A stretch of 59,793 bases of DNA, filler included, from Perkinsus olseni (taxonomy: Eukaryota), in the NCBI GenBank assembly GCA_013115125.1. It is 9 parts of 9 records of this genome, joined end to end, with 100 filler letters (N's around TTAATTAATTAA, not from the genome) between each part and the next. Parts side by side here need not be neighbours in the genome. Positions count along the whole stretch, not along the records: positions 20,104 to 26,699 come from JABANN010001087.1; positions 26,800 to 33,387 come from JABANN010001088.1; positions 33,488 to 40,008 come from JABANN010001089.1; 6 more parts are not named here. The stretch is one strand, 5' to 3'. The notes below the pieces were generated by a model. It did not search any database. It was not told where the DNA came from and saw only the letters and a program-made list of their open reading frames with translations. The position numbers and the translations under genes were made by a program. The first letter of the stretch is position 1. Each line of letters begins with the position of its first letter. Of this stretch, positions 23,301 through 35,911 are shown in pieces.

Positions 23301-24700
23301 CCAGTTCATACGATCCATCTGTCTTCTTCCGGAAGACCAATCGATCGTTTAACGCCGAGAAGAGGTCCGACTGCGCCCGGAGGATATTAGTCCCGCCAAC
23401 CAGGCACAGGCCAAACACCTAAGAAGGGCTAGAGGTGTCAGAAAAAACTTCAGTCCCGCCCGAGACGACTCCGAAGATCATTCCACGACATCCCATGGTC
23501 AACCTAAGATTCCACGGAAGAAGGACCGAGAAATCATGTCGATTCCTGGATTTTCCGGGCGCGCGAAAAAACCTCTCCAGCCGTCCATTATTACAAACCA
23601 ATGGCATGCAATCCCCGCCCACAACTGAAGCAAGTAAGAGACAACGGCATCACTCTGAGCGGTGTACGCGATCACTGACAGACTAGTACCTAGAAAGAGT
23701 GGTAAAATTTAAGGAATCGCAAGATCGCAAGATTTCGAAACTTTCCGATACGCAATTTAGTTTCGTTTCACCCAACCCCGCATGATCGAGCATCTCCACT
23801 GCGCGGAACCCCCATAAACGCCCACGATTCTCCCAAAAAATTCAGAAATTTTGACCCAGAATTTTTGGGGCACAAACTTTTTGTCGCTTCCGAATTAGCC
23901 ATCTGCAACCATGGGCGGCAACGAATCGACCTGCCACGTCGGGTCCGGCAGACAACTTTTTTCAACCCCACTCTTGATGATTTCATTCATCATGCCCACC
24001 CTCAGCAACAGACCTCATCCACTAATTTCGTGGCGCGTGACGCTTCCCTCTACTACCAATTATCAGTACAAAAGTGGTGAGCGTCGCCACACTAGGTATC
24101 AGCCTAGCCGTGAGTCCCACAGCGACCAGCATCAACGGCACGGGTAGGGCGTAGACGGTGGTCTTATCATACCCTTCCCCGACCAGGATAACAAACTCCG
24201 AAATGACAACCAGAATGGTAGTGACCGCCACGACCGTATGTGAGTGTTTGGCTGGACGCCATATTACCAATACCAATCCACCGAGTAGCCATATTCCCTA
24301 AGACGAGGAGCATCATGCCATGGCCGCGCGCCACGAAATTCGACTGACGAATTTGACGACATCTCGTGGTTTCAACCGAGTAAGCCCACCTCAGTTTTCT
24401 GCGGACTATTATTATTTCATTTCGTTGTAAGCGAACAAGGACGCTCTTCCGATAGATCATAAACTGCCCACGCGGTTCCTCTTGCGTCACCGAACCATCA
24501 CAACGAATTCATGACATGCCAGATAATTTTCACCATGTCATTTTCTCATACCACACTTCCCATGCTTATCACCCATTACTACCGGTGATATAATGAAGAA
24601 GAACGTGCCCGACCATGACTCGAATGGGCTGTCCACAGAGAACTCCTCCTGGTCGAATAGGTTCTTGAGCAAGAAGTGTACTATCAGATGTTGTGATAGA
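20328..24700 (-). CDS. Multi-pass membrane protein with a PX-like segment and the N-terminus of a sterol 3-beta-glucosyltransferase-type (GT1/GT28) domain; partial at both ends
   Basis: Exon 20438-20328 encodes VPRMNITLITVGSRGDVQPFMALAR, the diagnostic sterol glucosyltransferase motif. An in-frame GT-AG chain can be traced upstream through TRARRLETLLNGVAARYPEM, DVPRLP and KIVIEGWSTEYSERTMYYITVK to a TM helix (LVVAGLVNFLLMMLMGFLY). Many more hydrophobic exons lie at 21.5-24.7 kb. The 5' limit is uncertain and the gene may extend to the contig end. Confidence 0.6.
21388..21424 (+). pseudogene. tRNA 3'-half remnant forming most of a 51-nt intron (antisense)
   Basis: GATCCAAAGGTCGCCGGTTCAATCCCC lies inside the minus-strand intron 21431-21381. 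Confidence 0.55.
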
Positions 24701-25444
24701 TGAGCCAGAAAACACAGAAATAAAAACATAACCCAATAACGAAAGTTCCATGTGTTGAACGTAGACCAAAACTGTAATGATAGATATCCTGAAAGATACT
24801 CAATGAGAGCTGATTTATCAAGGCCTATGGTCAACCTAAGATACCAATATACACAAAGACTACTATCCTCACATGCTATCCCTTCAAGAGGCATGACGAG
24901 GAAAACATCATTTTCCTCCACCAGTGAGGTCCAATCATAAATTGTATCATACTGCCGAAAATTATCTACTACCATTCCTTCAGCAAATCGTACCATCCAA
25001 GCAGAATAACCCCACGGAGCAGTTCTCTATCTGACTTTGCGGCTACCGTATTTCACGAAACGATCGAGCTTCGTTCGGGGAGTCTTATTTTCTCTCACGT
25101 TTAACGGTCGAGTAATTTTTTTCCATTACCGGTGACTCAGTACGAGGCAGAAAATATCCCCGAATAAAAGTTTTTTTTCGAATAATTCCCAACCAGGTTA
25201 TTACTCATGAATAGGAAGTCGCCAGCACCAAGATATCTATTTTCATAATCATGGTATTGGGCAGCGAGGTTAACCTTCTGGGATTCCCCCAGCCGAGCCG
25301 TCTTCTGCGTTCGAAATGCACCTTGGGCGCCGTCGTGCCCCTCGGGAAGAGGTTGAACCGTGCAGAGGCCTGAAAAAAAGATACGCATCATCAGGTCGGG
25401 AAAAAGATACGTTTAATGAGGTCGGGAAAAAGATATCATTCCTT

Positions 25445-25540
25445 CGTTCAATAAGGTAATTCTGAAACCCAGAATCGATTCTGTAATTGATTTGTGCGCA
25501 AAACGTTGCGGTTCCAGAACGAATTCTGAGATTCAGAATT
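25445..25540. mobile_element. MITE-like repeat, copy of 1342-1436
   Basis: CGTTCAATAAGGTAATTCTGAAACCCAGAATCGATTCTGTAATTGATT...GATTCAGAATT aligns over ~95 bp with the reverse complement of the contig-1 element. Confidence 0.55.
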
Positions 25541-26699
25541 GGTTCGATGAAGACCTTTCCCATATTACTGGAAGTCCTGTGGGGTATACTGCTTTCCGCA
25601 GTAGTAATGACGTCACTTGGTCGTAGCATATATACAAAAAGATATCTTAACTTCACCATGGCACATCACAAAGCGGAAAGATACCCTTCAATATGTACAA
25701 CCACGGCCGACGGGCAGACGGCCGACCTTATTCGGCATCGTCTATGAGTGGAAAGATACCAAAACAAACCGAATTTTCAATCCGAACTTTTTTGAGTGGA
25801 AACGTAATTCGTCTGGCATGGTAGATTATCCGCATCACAAGTGAAACGTTTATCAATAGCCCAATCAGCCAAACAGAAAAGAACGCCCGAAGACACAGGA
25901 CAACCACTAGTGGTGTAATACTGCGCCTCACAGTGTTAGGTGTGATGAGAGAGACATCCTAGCTTAGCTCACTTGTAGCGTACTACACTAGTCCTTTACT
26001 GCTTATCTACCTGTCTCTGTTACCTATCATCCTTGGTTATTGAGTTGCCAATTACAGTGGGTACTACAGGCCCGCTGAGCTCGCTGTAGTTATCAGCAGC
26101 CCGCAACTGTCTCGGCGAAGTTTTCCGAGTGGAGACGGAAAGAGTACCCGTCTGACATGGTATATCACACAAGCCACAAGTGAGACGTTCATCAACCTTA
26201 CTCAGCCATACGAACAGCGCCCGCCCGCACAGGACATGCAATGACGTAGATTTAAGGTGGTTAATTCGAAACGGAGAATTTCGTGGCGCGCGACGGTGTC
26301 TTTGCGCATATGCTTCAGATCGTCAACATTTTTTTCTCCCTTGTCAACTTTTTCCTCCTCTCCCTCAAAACTTATCTCTCCCTTGTCAAGATTCCCTTTC
26401 TGCCTCCTTTCTCCCTTTCCCGCTTTTTCTTTCTTTTTCCAGCTTACAGGGCTAACGAAGGCTTCGGGTGGTGCCTCCATCCTCCACTACACAGTCGCCG
26501 CCTACTCTCCTCGCGCCACTTTTTCCTTGTCCGGCCACTTTTGTCTCCGCGCGCCACTTTTTTCTCTCGCGCGCCACCTCTCCTTTCCCTTTCGCTACGG
26601 CTTCTCTCCGCTCCCGTCCCGTCCTCCTCCCATATGGTCTAGCGCCTCAACGTGGCGTGGGGGTGATACTCATTCGGAGTATGCGAAGCTAGACCGACT

Positions 26700-26799
26700 N
26701 NNNNNNNNNNNNNNNNNNNNNNNNNNNNNNNNNNNNNNNNNNNTTAATTAATTAANNNNNNNNNNNNNNNNNNNNNNNNNNNNNNNNNNNNNNNNNNNN
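26700..26799. other. Artificial contig spacer
   Basis: N44-TTAATTAATTAA-N44. Confidence 0.98.
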
Positions 26800-29700
26800 A
26801 TTGTTTCGTACAAATTTCGGTTCATTCATGATCTTTTCGTACATCGAAAAAGTGTATGTTTCGGTCACGATTGTTTCATCCATAACCGGTTTCGGACACG
26901 ATTACTTCGTGCATGGGCGGTTGATCCAAAGATATGCTCGTGGTGATCTATTCGGCCACGATCTTTTCGAAAAAAATTCATTCGTCCTATAGTGGTTCGT
27001 ACATATGGAACTACGACACGAAAATGTTTGCCGCAGGAAAAGAACCCATAACCCCGCGAATACGAGCATGAACTCCTAACCTACTCACCTCTAAGACTCC
27101 TGCTGAACTCCGACAAAGTGCCACCCATGCAAGCCGGTGACAATTATTCCGAGACCAGGGACACCCTAATTGAGACCCAGTTTTTAGTTGTAGTGGTAAC
27201 TTGGTGCAATTCATTGCTGTAATGTTGATTCCTCTTGCTGTGGCTACCTATTTACCGCCGCTACACTCTGTGCGGGCGATCCTGTAAACAAAAAGAGTTA
27301 AATTGACTCTAGTATTAAATACTAATGTTCGTGTTGAGTTAATAGTAGTGTCGGTTGACCGTCAGCTCATCATGCGGATGTGGCAGCCCTTGACGTTATT
27401 AAACGGTCATGGGATATCCCTCCTTTGCCTGGGCCCAGGCAAACCAGTGGGTTGGACACGGTGTCTGCATAAAGCTGTCACTTCGAGGGTGTTCACCGTT
27501 GACGGCATTACCGTCACGGCAATGACTCATGGCAAGCGCAGCGAGTGTTTTACCGCCACTGTTGGTTGCATCGGTGGTTCGGTTGTTTTATGTGATTCTG
27601 TCGGGAACACTGCCCGGCTGCCAGCCGCGCTGAAGAACCGGGTCTGAACTCTGATCTGCGCTGTGCTGAAACCCGGCGTGAGAAATCGATCATCCGGGCG
27701 CGCGCGTTATGCAGCGCATGTCCGAGCGGGTTCTCGTTCTCGTCATCCATCGGCCACTATGGCGTTTGCTTTGGAGGGAGGTGATAACCTTGAGCGGGAG
27801 AATGTGTCTGAATGTCTGAATGTGCAAAAGGGCCTCGTCCAAATTGGATGATCCAATATTCGTTGAACAGTACTTCATCCCTCAGGCTATCGCATTGTTA
27901 ATGACCTGGAAACTTGAAATCGTTGAGTTTCCGATGTTCCAATGGATCAACGCAGTGTCGGAAACGCATCGGTGACCTGTTTCTCTGTGCTTTCACGGGA
28001 ACATGCTGGGGGATCTGTGACCAGTAAATTATCGCATATGAAGCAAGACTCCCATGGGTATATCGCAGATTGCATGTCGTCTGGCCATCCGCAGGCAGTT
28101 TCCAAGATTCTCCCAGGGATGAAGCTTATTGGAACGCTACTAGGATTTGGAGGCTCTGAGATAGCCCGACTTAACTGTGAGGAGAACTTTAGTTCTATTT
28201 TCATTGAATGAGGTGAGTCGAATTGCAGGTAACCCGCACACAAACCTGCAGCAGGTTTGTGTGCGGTTCGCTTGTTGACCCACGGTAACCCCGAGCTCTT
28301 CCGCCGTCCTTCTGCACTCAAGTTACGTGCTAGGAGAAGGAAGCAGAATGGACGACTTAGACGAGTACGATTGCTCTCTATTTTTCGAACACTTCAGGCA
28401 GTCGACAAGTAAACAATTTTCGTGTTGTGTTTTTTGGAGGTGGAGGATTCACTGGCTGTAGAGAGGACTCCTCTCAGAGGAGTCAAAGCAGAACAGCTCA
28501 AGCATATTATTCGATATACATATTTCACGCGATTGGAGGATGCGAGCTTCACTTAAAGTTGGTATATTTCATGCATTTAAGCAAGACTGCGCGAAGGGAA
28601 CAGCCGAACATCCCTTCCATTGCACTGGTTAGCCCGACAGACTGCGTGCGGGGTGCACTAACGTAATCGTTATCTCAATCAACTGAGCAGCCTTAGTAAT
28701 GAGGAACTAATAGTTCCGAACTATTATGGCCGAAGTCAAAATTTCAGTGAAAATTTCACTGTTAATTCTGCGTACGTAGTTCTTTGATTCACGTGAAATT
28801 TTCGTGCTTTTCACCGCGGACAGCACTCCATTAACTCAAGATAGACAAGCGCCGGACAATACATTGGTTATTCAAGTCAAGTCTGCTGCATTCCACATTT
28901 GACCAGGGGTGCAAATGACTAATTACCAGACAGCAAGTGGAAGGCCGGGTACCTGAGAAATACATGGCTAATCGAAGGACCAGCATGGCCAATACATGAC
29001 CACGACCAGCAGATCCCACTTGGGTTTTGAATATGATGGATCGTGACTATCGACGGGGGGCGCAATTCCGATCCATGAATTCATCTATCCGGCGTATCTT
29101 GAAGGATGCAAGAGGAAAGATAGGCGAACAGATATGCAGTGAATCACTGCCAGTGATATTAGCAAGATGGGATCCATCGTACCACTCGTGGTGAGCGAAA
29201 ACTTGGTTGCCATTGGGAACTACCCATTGGGAACTCTCGGCAAAAGTTCTGAATGTGTACTCCGATACTAATTACGAGTACTAGTGCTGCTACTGCAGCA
29301 CCGTACAGCCTTCGCTCAACCGACATCTTAATCCGTAAACAATTATTGTTTAACAATAGTTGGGGACGCGGCGGCTCAGCATTTATTGACTGATCACGGA
29401 TTCAAATTGAATTCAATCCGTCACACGTCGACCTCGGTCACATTGTGATTGTCAATCCGTTGGGTTGTGATTAGTTCCGACTCCGTCTTGTTTCAGTCAC
29501 TGAGCTTCATGAACATTCGTAGTAGTACAGATTCTCGAAACACAGTTCGACTTGGTCCTTGCCGCGAAAACTTCGCACTAGAAATTCTGGACGACATGTC
29601 ACTGAGTCGTTCGAGGCTCCCCACTAGTACCCCTTCATTGTAAGCATTCATGTCTATATACCACTTGCGCCTGTGTGGCGAACAGCTACCGGATGAGCTC

Positions 29701-31010
29701 GAGTGACGTCTGCGACCTGAGATCCGTGCAGGGCAACCGTCATGCTACCAGAGAAACTCTATTGTCACAAGGATTCCACGGGTTTACCATCCTTATCTCT
29801 CGCTAAGGAACGAGGATTTGACAGTGGGTAGGCACTCTAATAGCGCTAGACAGCTTCCAATTCAAGGTTGCGGGATATGCTTCTGTTCGCACCTTCCTCC
29901 CTTCGCCACCCCACCGTGGCCTGGTAAAGCGCACGGCCAGTCATTGGCCTCGCCAGCCTTGATTTCGTGCTCTTTACCGGATGACCAGAACCTACGTAGT
30001 CGTATCAAGTTGAATCCTGCAAGACTTTGAGTCTTCGGACGCGAAATCTTACTTTGCAGCCGACTCTTGGCTTTGTTCTCTGGGATAGGATCGCAGAGAA
30101 TCTCCTCAATGGAATCTTCGCTCGCTTGCGAGTCACTGTCGCTGCTGGCTGCCGCCTTGCCCTCAATGGGTTGGACATCCTTCCCGCAAAGAAGGGGGCG
30201 TGTTGGGTGCGAGACGTTAGGACCCCTGAGTTCTCTGAAGCCCTGCCCATTAGACGGACTCGACCTGAGGAAGGCCACCTGATGATACCTTCCAGATTTG
30301 AGTCCTGAAGAATGTGTCATAGTGACACTGTTACTGCCTCACAAGTACTTGAAGTACTTGGCGTTGAAGTTCAACGCCACTTCCCGGAATTTGAAGTTGA
30401 AATAGATAAATTCCTTATGACAATGTTATAGATGGACGGCTCACTGAAATGGAAATCACGCAGTGTTTCGAAACATTCCACCATATTGCCGCAACTATGG
30501 CACTCAGTCTCGAGTGAGTGACTCGGAGTGACCGAATTGGATTTACTTCAAATCTCGTCCAGGTTGTTGAGAGGATATCGCGAGCGTGGCCTCTTCATCA
30601 CTGGTAGCATCAGTTCTCCCTTGTCCTGAGCCCGCAGTCTGGTACGGCCTTCTGTCTGATGGCCTTCTGGACTAAATTCGAGGAAAACAGTTCTCGGCAC
30701 GATTCTCTTGCGAATCCCAGCCCAGAAATAGTAGAGTATGGCCTCTTCTTCAACTTAGTAGAGTACGCTGAGTGAAACTCCCGTCATTTTACCCCGAGCA
30801 CTCGAGCATCACTCAATCTGATGTTATCAAAGCGGGACAACATTATGTTGTCAACATACCGATTTCTGCACTGAGGCCGAGGTGGCAGGCATAACTTGAT
30901 CCTCGAGACTCCTGGCAGGGGTCGCAGTAGTGTTAGCCCTTCTCGCATAATTCCAGTGGGTCTGGTGGTGATGACCGCGGCGGCCGCCCGTTCTTCCTCG
31001 GCTAGTCCTT

Positions 31011-31499
31011 TCAACGTCCTGCGTCAAAGAGTGCTCCGGCAATCCGGAGCAGTTGGCCTACCTCGTTCGGTTCAGTTACCTGGTCCAAGTCACCTCTCGA
31101 ACTTTCGCAGACTTTACCATTCTGCAGCCACCACTGGTGCGTCTTCTGACCTAGGCGTCTAGCAATTTCCTCGACTCCCACCATTTCCCTATCCCTCAAG
31201 CACAGACCGTTACTACGCCCACTCGAGAACCTCCCGAGCTTGATTAGCAGTATCCAGCGCTTACAAACCTCGATGTAAGCGTTAGATGGTAGCTGACGCA
31301 TGATGGCCAACTCCGCTTCATTCAGTACCACACCAGTTCGCTCGGCCACTTTAGTCAGCCTGACTCGCAGGTCCTTTTTCTCCGAGGCGCGCCCCTTGGG
31401 TTTGGGGCCTCCACGCTTAGCACGCATTAGTTGTTGGCCGTTGGAGGTGACCGAGTGGCCTTCGGACATAGTGGACGAGAAGTCGATGAACTTGCGCAA
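31011..31499 (-). CDS. Hypothetical protein (exon structure unresolved)
   Basis: 162-aa ORF with a basic patch KRGGPKPKGR. No family recognised. Confidence 0.3.
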   Translation of the reverse strand: MRKFIDFSSTMSEGHSVTSNGQQLMRAKRGGPKPKGRASEKKDLRVRLTKVAERTGVVLNEAELAIMRQLPSNAYIEVCKRWILLIKLGRFSSGRSNGLCLRDREMVGVEEIARRLGQKTHQWWLQNGKVCESSRGDLDQVTEPNEVGQLLRIAGALFDAGR

Positions 31500-32085
31500 G
31501 CTCGGTCTTCCCAGCAGTGTGACGTGTAGGACTGTAGTATTCTACAAACCGCAAAAGACTACTGTAGACTAAGGTATAATTTCTACCTATTGGTGATCCC
31601 GATTCCGTGTGCAATTGCTGGCAGCGAAATTGTTGCTGCAGTGACACCCATGATGCGACTCATGTCAACGCAACTCGTGGTAACTGGAGATAATTGATTG
31701 AGCATCTTCAGGTAATCTATGCATTACGAGCATCTAAGCCTCAGAACTGCGACGCACCATCACCGACGTACATAGACCGCTTAAGAGTCGCAGATCAACG
31801 CCACACGCCTCATAGTAAGATGCGTATACCATTTCTCAATCATTTGCTTCTCAGGAAGCGAAAAAGCAAAAAGTGGTGCACCGTATCCAAAGATCCAGTT
31901 ATATCCTCAAAGGTTAGCCGGATTCGGCCGTGCTACATCACGGGTAGAGGCACGGAACCCTATTCCACGGTGGCCTTCGTACTCGACTCGAGTAGTGTGA
32001 GAGATTGCGTACTGATTGCAAAATAATGAGCGTAAGCAAGTGCCGTTAAGGCGAAATAAAGCCTAGAAATAGGAAAGCCGTAGCA

Positions 32086-33258
32086 CTAGACTCTAGAGAC
32101 TAGACTCATGGCTTTTGTAGGAGCATAGTGCTCCGAGCACTCGGAGACCGTCAAGTACTCAGTCATCAGACTCTGACGTGCTATAATCCCCATCGGACCT
32201 GAGCATTCAAATGGATCAGAACGGCCATAATGATGCTCAATGATTGAAATTAACCTACTCGTCTTCGTCGAGATCGACCTCTTCCACCTCGTCGTCAGCA
32301 ACCATGAAACCCTCAAGCTCCGGGGGGATATGATCGTCCTCTGCGGACTTTGGTCTCTTCTGCTTCCTCGATGGTATGCTCGTGCTCGCAGCACCATCAT
32401 CAACGGTAAGTTCACCACGGCCGATTACTTCGCCCTCCTTGCTGGTAGCGTGATGGCCTACGGGGTTGATCTGAAATGAGGTATCATGGTCATTGAGCAT
32501 TTAGTACTGAGTATACATGCATGAAAGTTTCATGCGAACTAGGAATCCCCGAGTCCTGCTAAGCTTACCTTCTTCCCCTTCTTAGGTATACCATCACCAA
32601 CCTTCGTTTCTCGCTTAGCGGCTGCTGGAGGGTGATCGACGGCCTTCTTGCTCGATTCTCTAGCTCGCTTCTTAGCCGACAGATTCATGTCGACAACTGG
32701 TCCCATCTTCGTTACATCAAGACTGGCCTTCACCGGAGTCACCTTGATTCGGTTACCCTCTCCTGCAGATCGCCGGGCGGCCTTCACTTCTACGTTAGAT
32801 AGATTGAGCTTCCGGTTGGCCTTCTTTTTAACCATGCTGGACTTCTCGTCACGACCTTCTACCGTTTGGCGTTTTCTGTCAGAGCTCCTTGAGGTGCCGG
32901 CAGATCTGTCAGATATCTTGCGCTTGACAGAGTTCTTCCTTCGTGTAGGGTATGCTGGGGTAGAAACAGCACTGGTGTCCGAATCGCTGGCGTCTTTGCC
33001 ACAACTTGGGCGTAGAGTGCGACACACCCAGATCAGATCCCCCTTGTAGAGCTTCGTGTTGGCGACCACCCGAATGTAGCTCGAACGGTTAAGATCGACC
33101 TCAATCCGAACCGGGCTCTCACTGAAGGCACGTGTGATGTGGCCAGCGAAGCTGTAGTCAGTTTTGGTCTTGAATAATAGGTGGCCTTCGAAGTCTTCGT
33201 TGGTTCCCGCCAAGAACAGCTGACCACACTCGAACTCGTCAACATGTTCTCGCTTCAT
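32086..33258 (-). CDS. Hypothetical Lys/Arg-rich nuclear-type protein, multi-exon, 5'-partial
   Basis: A 239-aa ORF with NLS-like basic tracts has a GTAAG donor near 32570, followed by an exon with acidic ELEGFMVADDEVEEVDLDEDE. The 3' end is uncertain. Confidence 0.5.
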
Positions 33259-33387
33259 AGGAGTCCCCGGGGTGGATACATCTTCCGAAGAACCTCCTGG
33301 ACTGCTCTCGTGACTCTCCTCGGTGGACGGAGGCCTCGCTCTATGCGGGGTACCTCACAAATGTAGCGGCCCGAGCGGGGAAGGACC

Positions 33388-33487
33388 NNNNNNNNNNNNN
33401 NNNNNNNNNNNNNNNNNNNNNNNNNNNNNNNTTAATTAATTAANNNNNNNNNNNNNNNNNNNNNNNNNNNNNNNNNNNNNNNNNNNN
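33388..33487. other. Artificial contig spacer
   Basis: N44-TTAATTAATTAA-N44. Confidence 0.98.
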
Positions 33488-34314
33488 AGCCTCAAACACG
33501 TAGTATGTGCTGAATTAGACTGATTTTTGTGATTTGCATATCGGATTGGAACACCCTGTACTCTGTTTCTGTGAAGACAGCACACGGCAAGACCCCGAGA
33601 GCTCAAGCTCAAGACAGAAAACCTGCTTGCCTCAGCAGACGGAGGCACATTTCTTTCGCGACACTTGTTATTGTAGTTTGTAACGATTTCCAAGTTCTCT
33701 TTCCCTGTCTCCGTCTCATCCCGTCGTTGGTTTTTTGGTTGCCCTTCTACCGGATAACTTGCACGAGCATCTCCCAGTAAATATCGTGCCGCACTTCATG
33801 ATTTTCACATCGTTTGTTCGAGGTAGTCCGGCAAACACAGCCAGCCAGGTGAATATTAAAGATGCTAATATCAATCTAATATCAATTCATCTCAATAACG
33901 CATCAACAGCCCAATGATCGACCACTCGAGCAGTAGACAGCATCACAACAATCGCGTGGCGACGGAAAGCCGACACAACAAGCTACAGCCATGCAATTTG
34001 GGAATCTTTCCTGCCGTCGTGAAGGCTTATTCTCGCATAAGGAATCGCCGATGATGTTGAGTATTTCGAGCAGAAAAATTGGAAATACCAGTACTCGAAC
34101 GGTGCCGCCCCAATCCATGTGGAAGAGCGTTCGCCCTGATCGCTCGTCTCATTTTTCCAACCCAAATCGTCTCTCCTACTTCGCCCTCGTCGAGCTTAGT
34201 GGTAGATTTTGCCATCAAAGATGGTCCACTAGTCGACTAAGAACCGGAGCATTCTTGGTAGATTCACGACGTTTTGAAGCATTGATTGTGAATCTTCAGT
34301 TTCTTGTAGTAGCC

Positions 34315-35076
34315 ATGAAGAAGCTTCTCATCATCATCCCTGTCAACAGTGCCAGCGCTGCGGTAGCTCAGAACCAATTTCCTCCCCCTCTGCTGCCGGG
34401 GTATTATGAGACGTTAGGAACTGCACCTGAAATACCGTCCATGGCTGGGATGTCCATGAGGGTCAGAAGAATGATGCGTGGAAAGCGAGCAGACTTGAAA
34501 TTCCAGCTAGACGATGGGACAGATCTTTGTCTCGACGACTACATTGTGGAGAGGATGCGATACAGAAAGGCTGACGAGGAATCTAGGAGGGAACTGGCTG
34601 CCAAATGCTACGTTTTCCGGAGAACAAATAGGGACGCTCTGGATGATGCTGATTCCTTGTCTCTGTGGGAAATCACTCGCACTTTCACGAGCCTGCGAGT
34701 GTATGGCCGCAAGGACTTCCTCATTTGCCCTGACGGTGGTGGTAAGTCGGTGTCCATCAAGTTGCGACTCCAAAATGGTCGTTTCGCTGATGTGGGGCTG
34801 ATGCTCACCAACTCTGTGCATGAGGGCCCGCTGGCTATCACACCAGGACGGTATGTGAAAGTGGAGGGTCCAAACTATGATTACAAGGAACTCATCAACA
34901 TGGAAATTGAAGTAACCGGAAGGGATGCTGGGAGGCAGAATGGGATGCTGGTCCTTCCTTTTTCGAGTCAGGAAACGCTATGGACGGCTAACTGCGAGCT
35001 CCTGGTAGTTTCTGGAAGTTTCCAGAGGATTCCACCAGACATTAAAGCGAACGAAATATCTGGTAGCTTTGGATAA
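34315..35076 (+). CDS. Putative secreted lineage-specific protein with repeated PGxY module
   Basis: Signal-like MKKLLIIIPVNSASAAVA; two module starts LLPGYYET and ITPGRYVK. The second module looks truncated. Confidence 0.6.
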   Translation: MKKLLIIIPVNSASAAVAQNQFPPPLLPGYYETLGTAPEIPSMAGMSMRVRRMMRGKRADLKFQLDDGTDLCLDDYIVERMRYRKADEESRRELAAKCYVFRRTNRDALDDADSLSLWEITRTFTSLRVYGRKDFLICPDGGGKSVSIKLRLQNGRFADVGLMLTNSVHEGPLAITPGRYVKVEGPNYDYKELINMEIEVTGRDAGRQNGMLVLPFSSQETLWTANCELLVVSGSFQRIPPDIKANEISGSFG

Positions 35077-35911
35077 CGTGAGGGGTTCCACTCGAAGGGG
35101 AATCATTCGGCCGTGCATAACACACCTCTGTTGTGACGGCAAGTATTTCACCCACGATCACCTTCAGTAGGTGACCTACTATTCACCGCCTACAGGGTAC
35201 TCCTGCAACAACCAGATAAGCCACCACCTTCTAAAGCGCAGAAATTAAGTATCTTCCGAGCGATCAAGTCAGCCCCTTCGCCTGACTTACCCGCGTCTGA
35301 GCGAAGCAACTGTACTGTATGACTGTTTTTTAAAGATTCCTTCACATTCCGCACTCCGCCATCGCAGCGATAGCATCGCCCTAGGATGGCCCTAGCGCGC
35401 CGGTCCTACCGGCTCACCTACTATAGAACCGGTCCTACCGGTTCTCGGCTCACCCTATGGTTTTGTCCTACCATAGAACCGACTCACCGGTGTCGATCAT
35501 TGAGTTTTACTGTTGAGTTTATAACTTGTCATTATGCGGAATTGACTTTTCTCGGGCCCGTTGTAGTTCAACCCGGTGAGCTTCGTTTAATTCGTCTGCG
35601 AGGTATATATCATCCACTGCGCACGTACCGGACGTAAGACGGTCGAGAAACTATTGAAGCTGGCCGTCTGAGTAGAGCCTCGCGATTCTCAGCGTCAGAG
35701 CTGCTCGGCCAATCATTCAATGCACTACTTCCCGTCTGTTCCTCCGCTACTGATAACGAAACAGCAGTATGAAAGCTAGTTCTTGTATGAAACCGTGTGC
35801 CATAGGATACGATGACACCGTGAAAGCGACGAATTACGGTATGAAACATCTGATGATTCAGTTTAGTATACCGAAGCTGTACTGTACTCAGGGTCAGCCT
35901 GAACCCCACGC

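Noticed and set aside
25270-25659. 129-aa minus-strand ORF
   Set aside because: It largely spans the MITE-like repeat and tandem intronic repeats, so it is probably non-coding.
23150-25900. Faint resemblance of several segments (TNYVSTQK, YSAW..LVEEND, GIACEDS, HGMVDY) to a degenerate P4-ATPase, as in alveolate ATPase-guanylyl cyclase fusions
   Set aside because: There is no DKTGT, TGDK or GDGxND motif, the frames and splice phases could not be reconciled, and no cyclase catalytic domain was seen. This needs a profile search.
26800-30800. Numerous short ORFs and TTCG-rich low-complexity repeats in contig 5
   Set aside because: No recognisable domain or consistent exon chain was found. This is probably decayed repeat or pseudogene sequence.
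33030-33160. YIRVVANTKLYKGDLIW resembles the end of a SET domain
   Set aside because: The NHS and ELxxxY signatures are missing, so the match is too weak to call.
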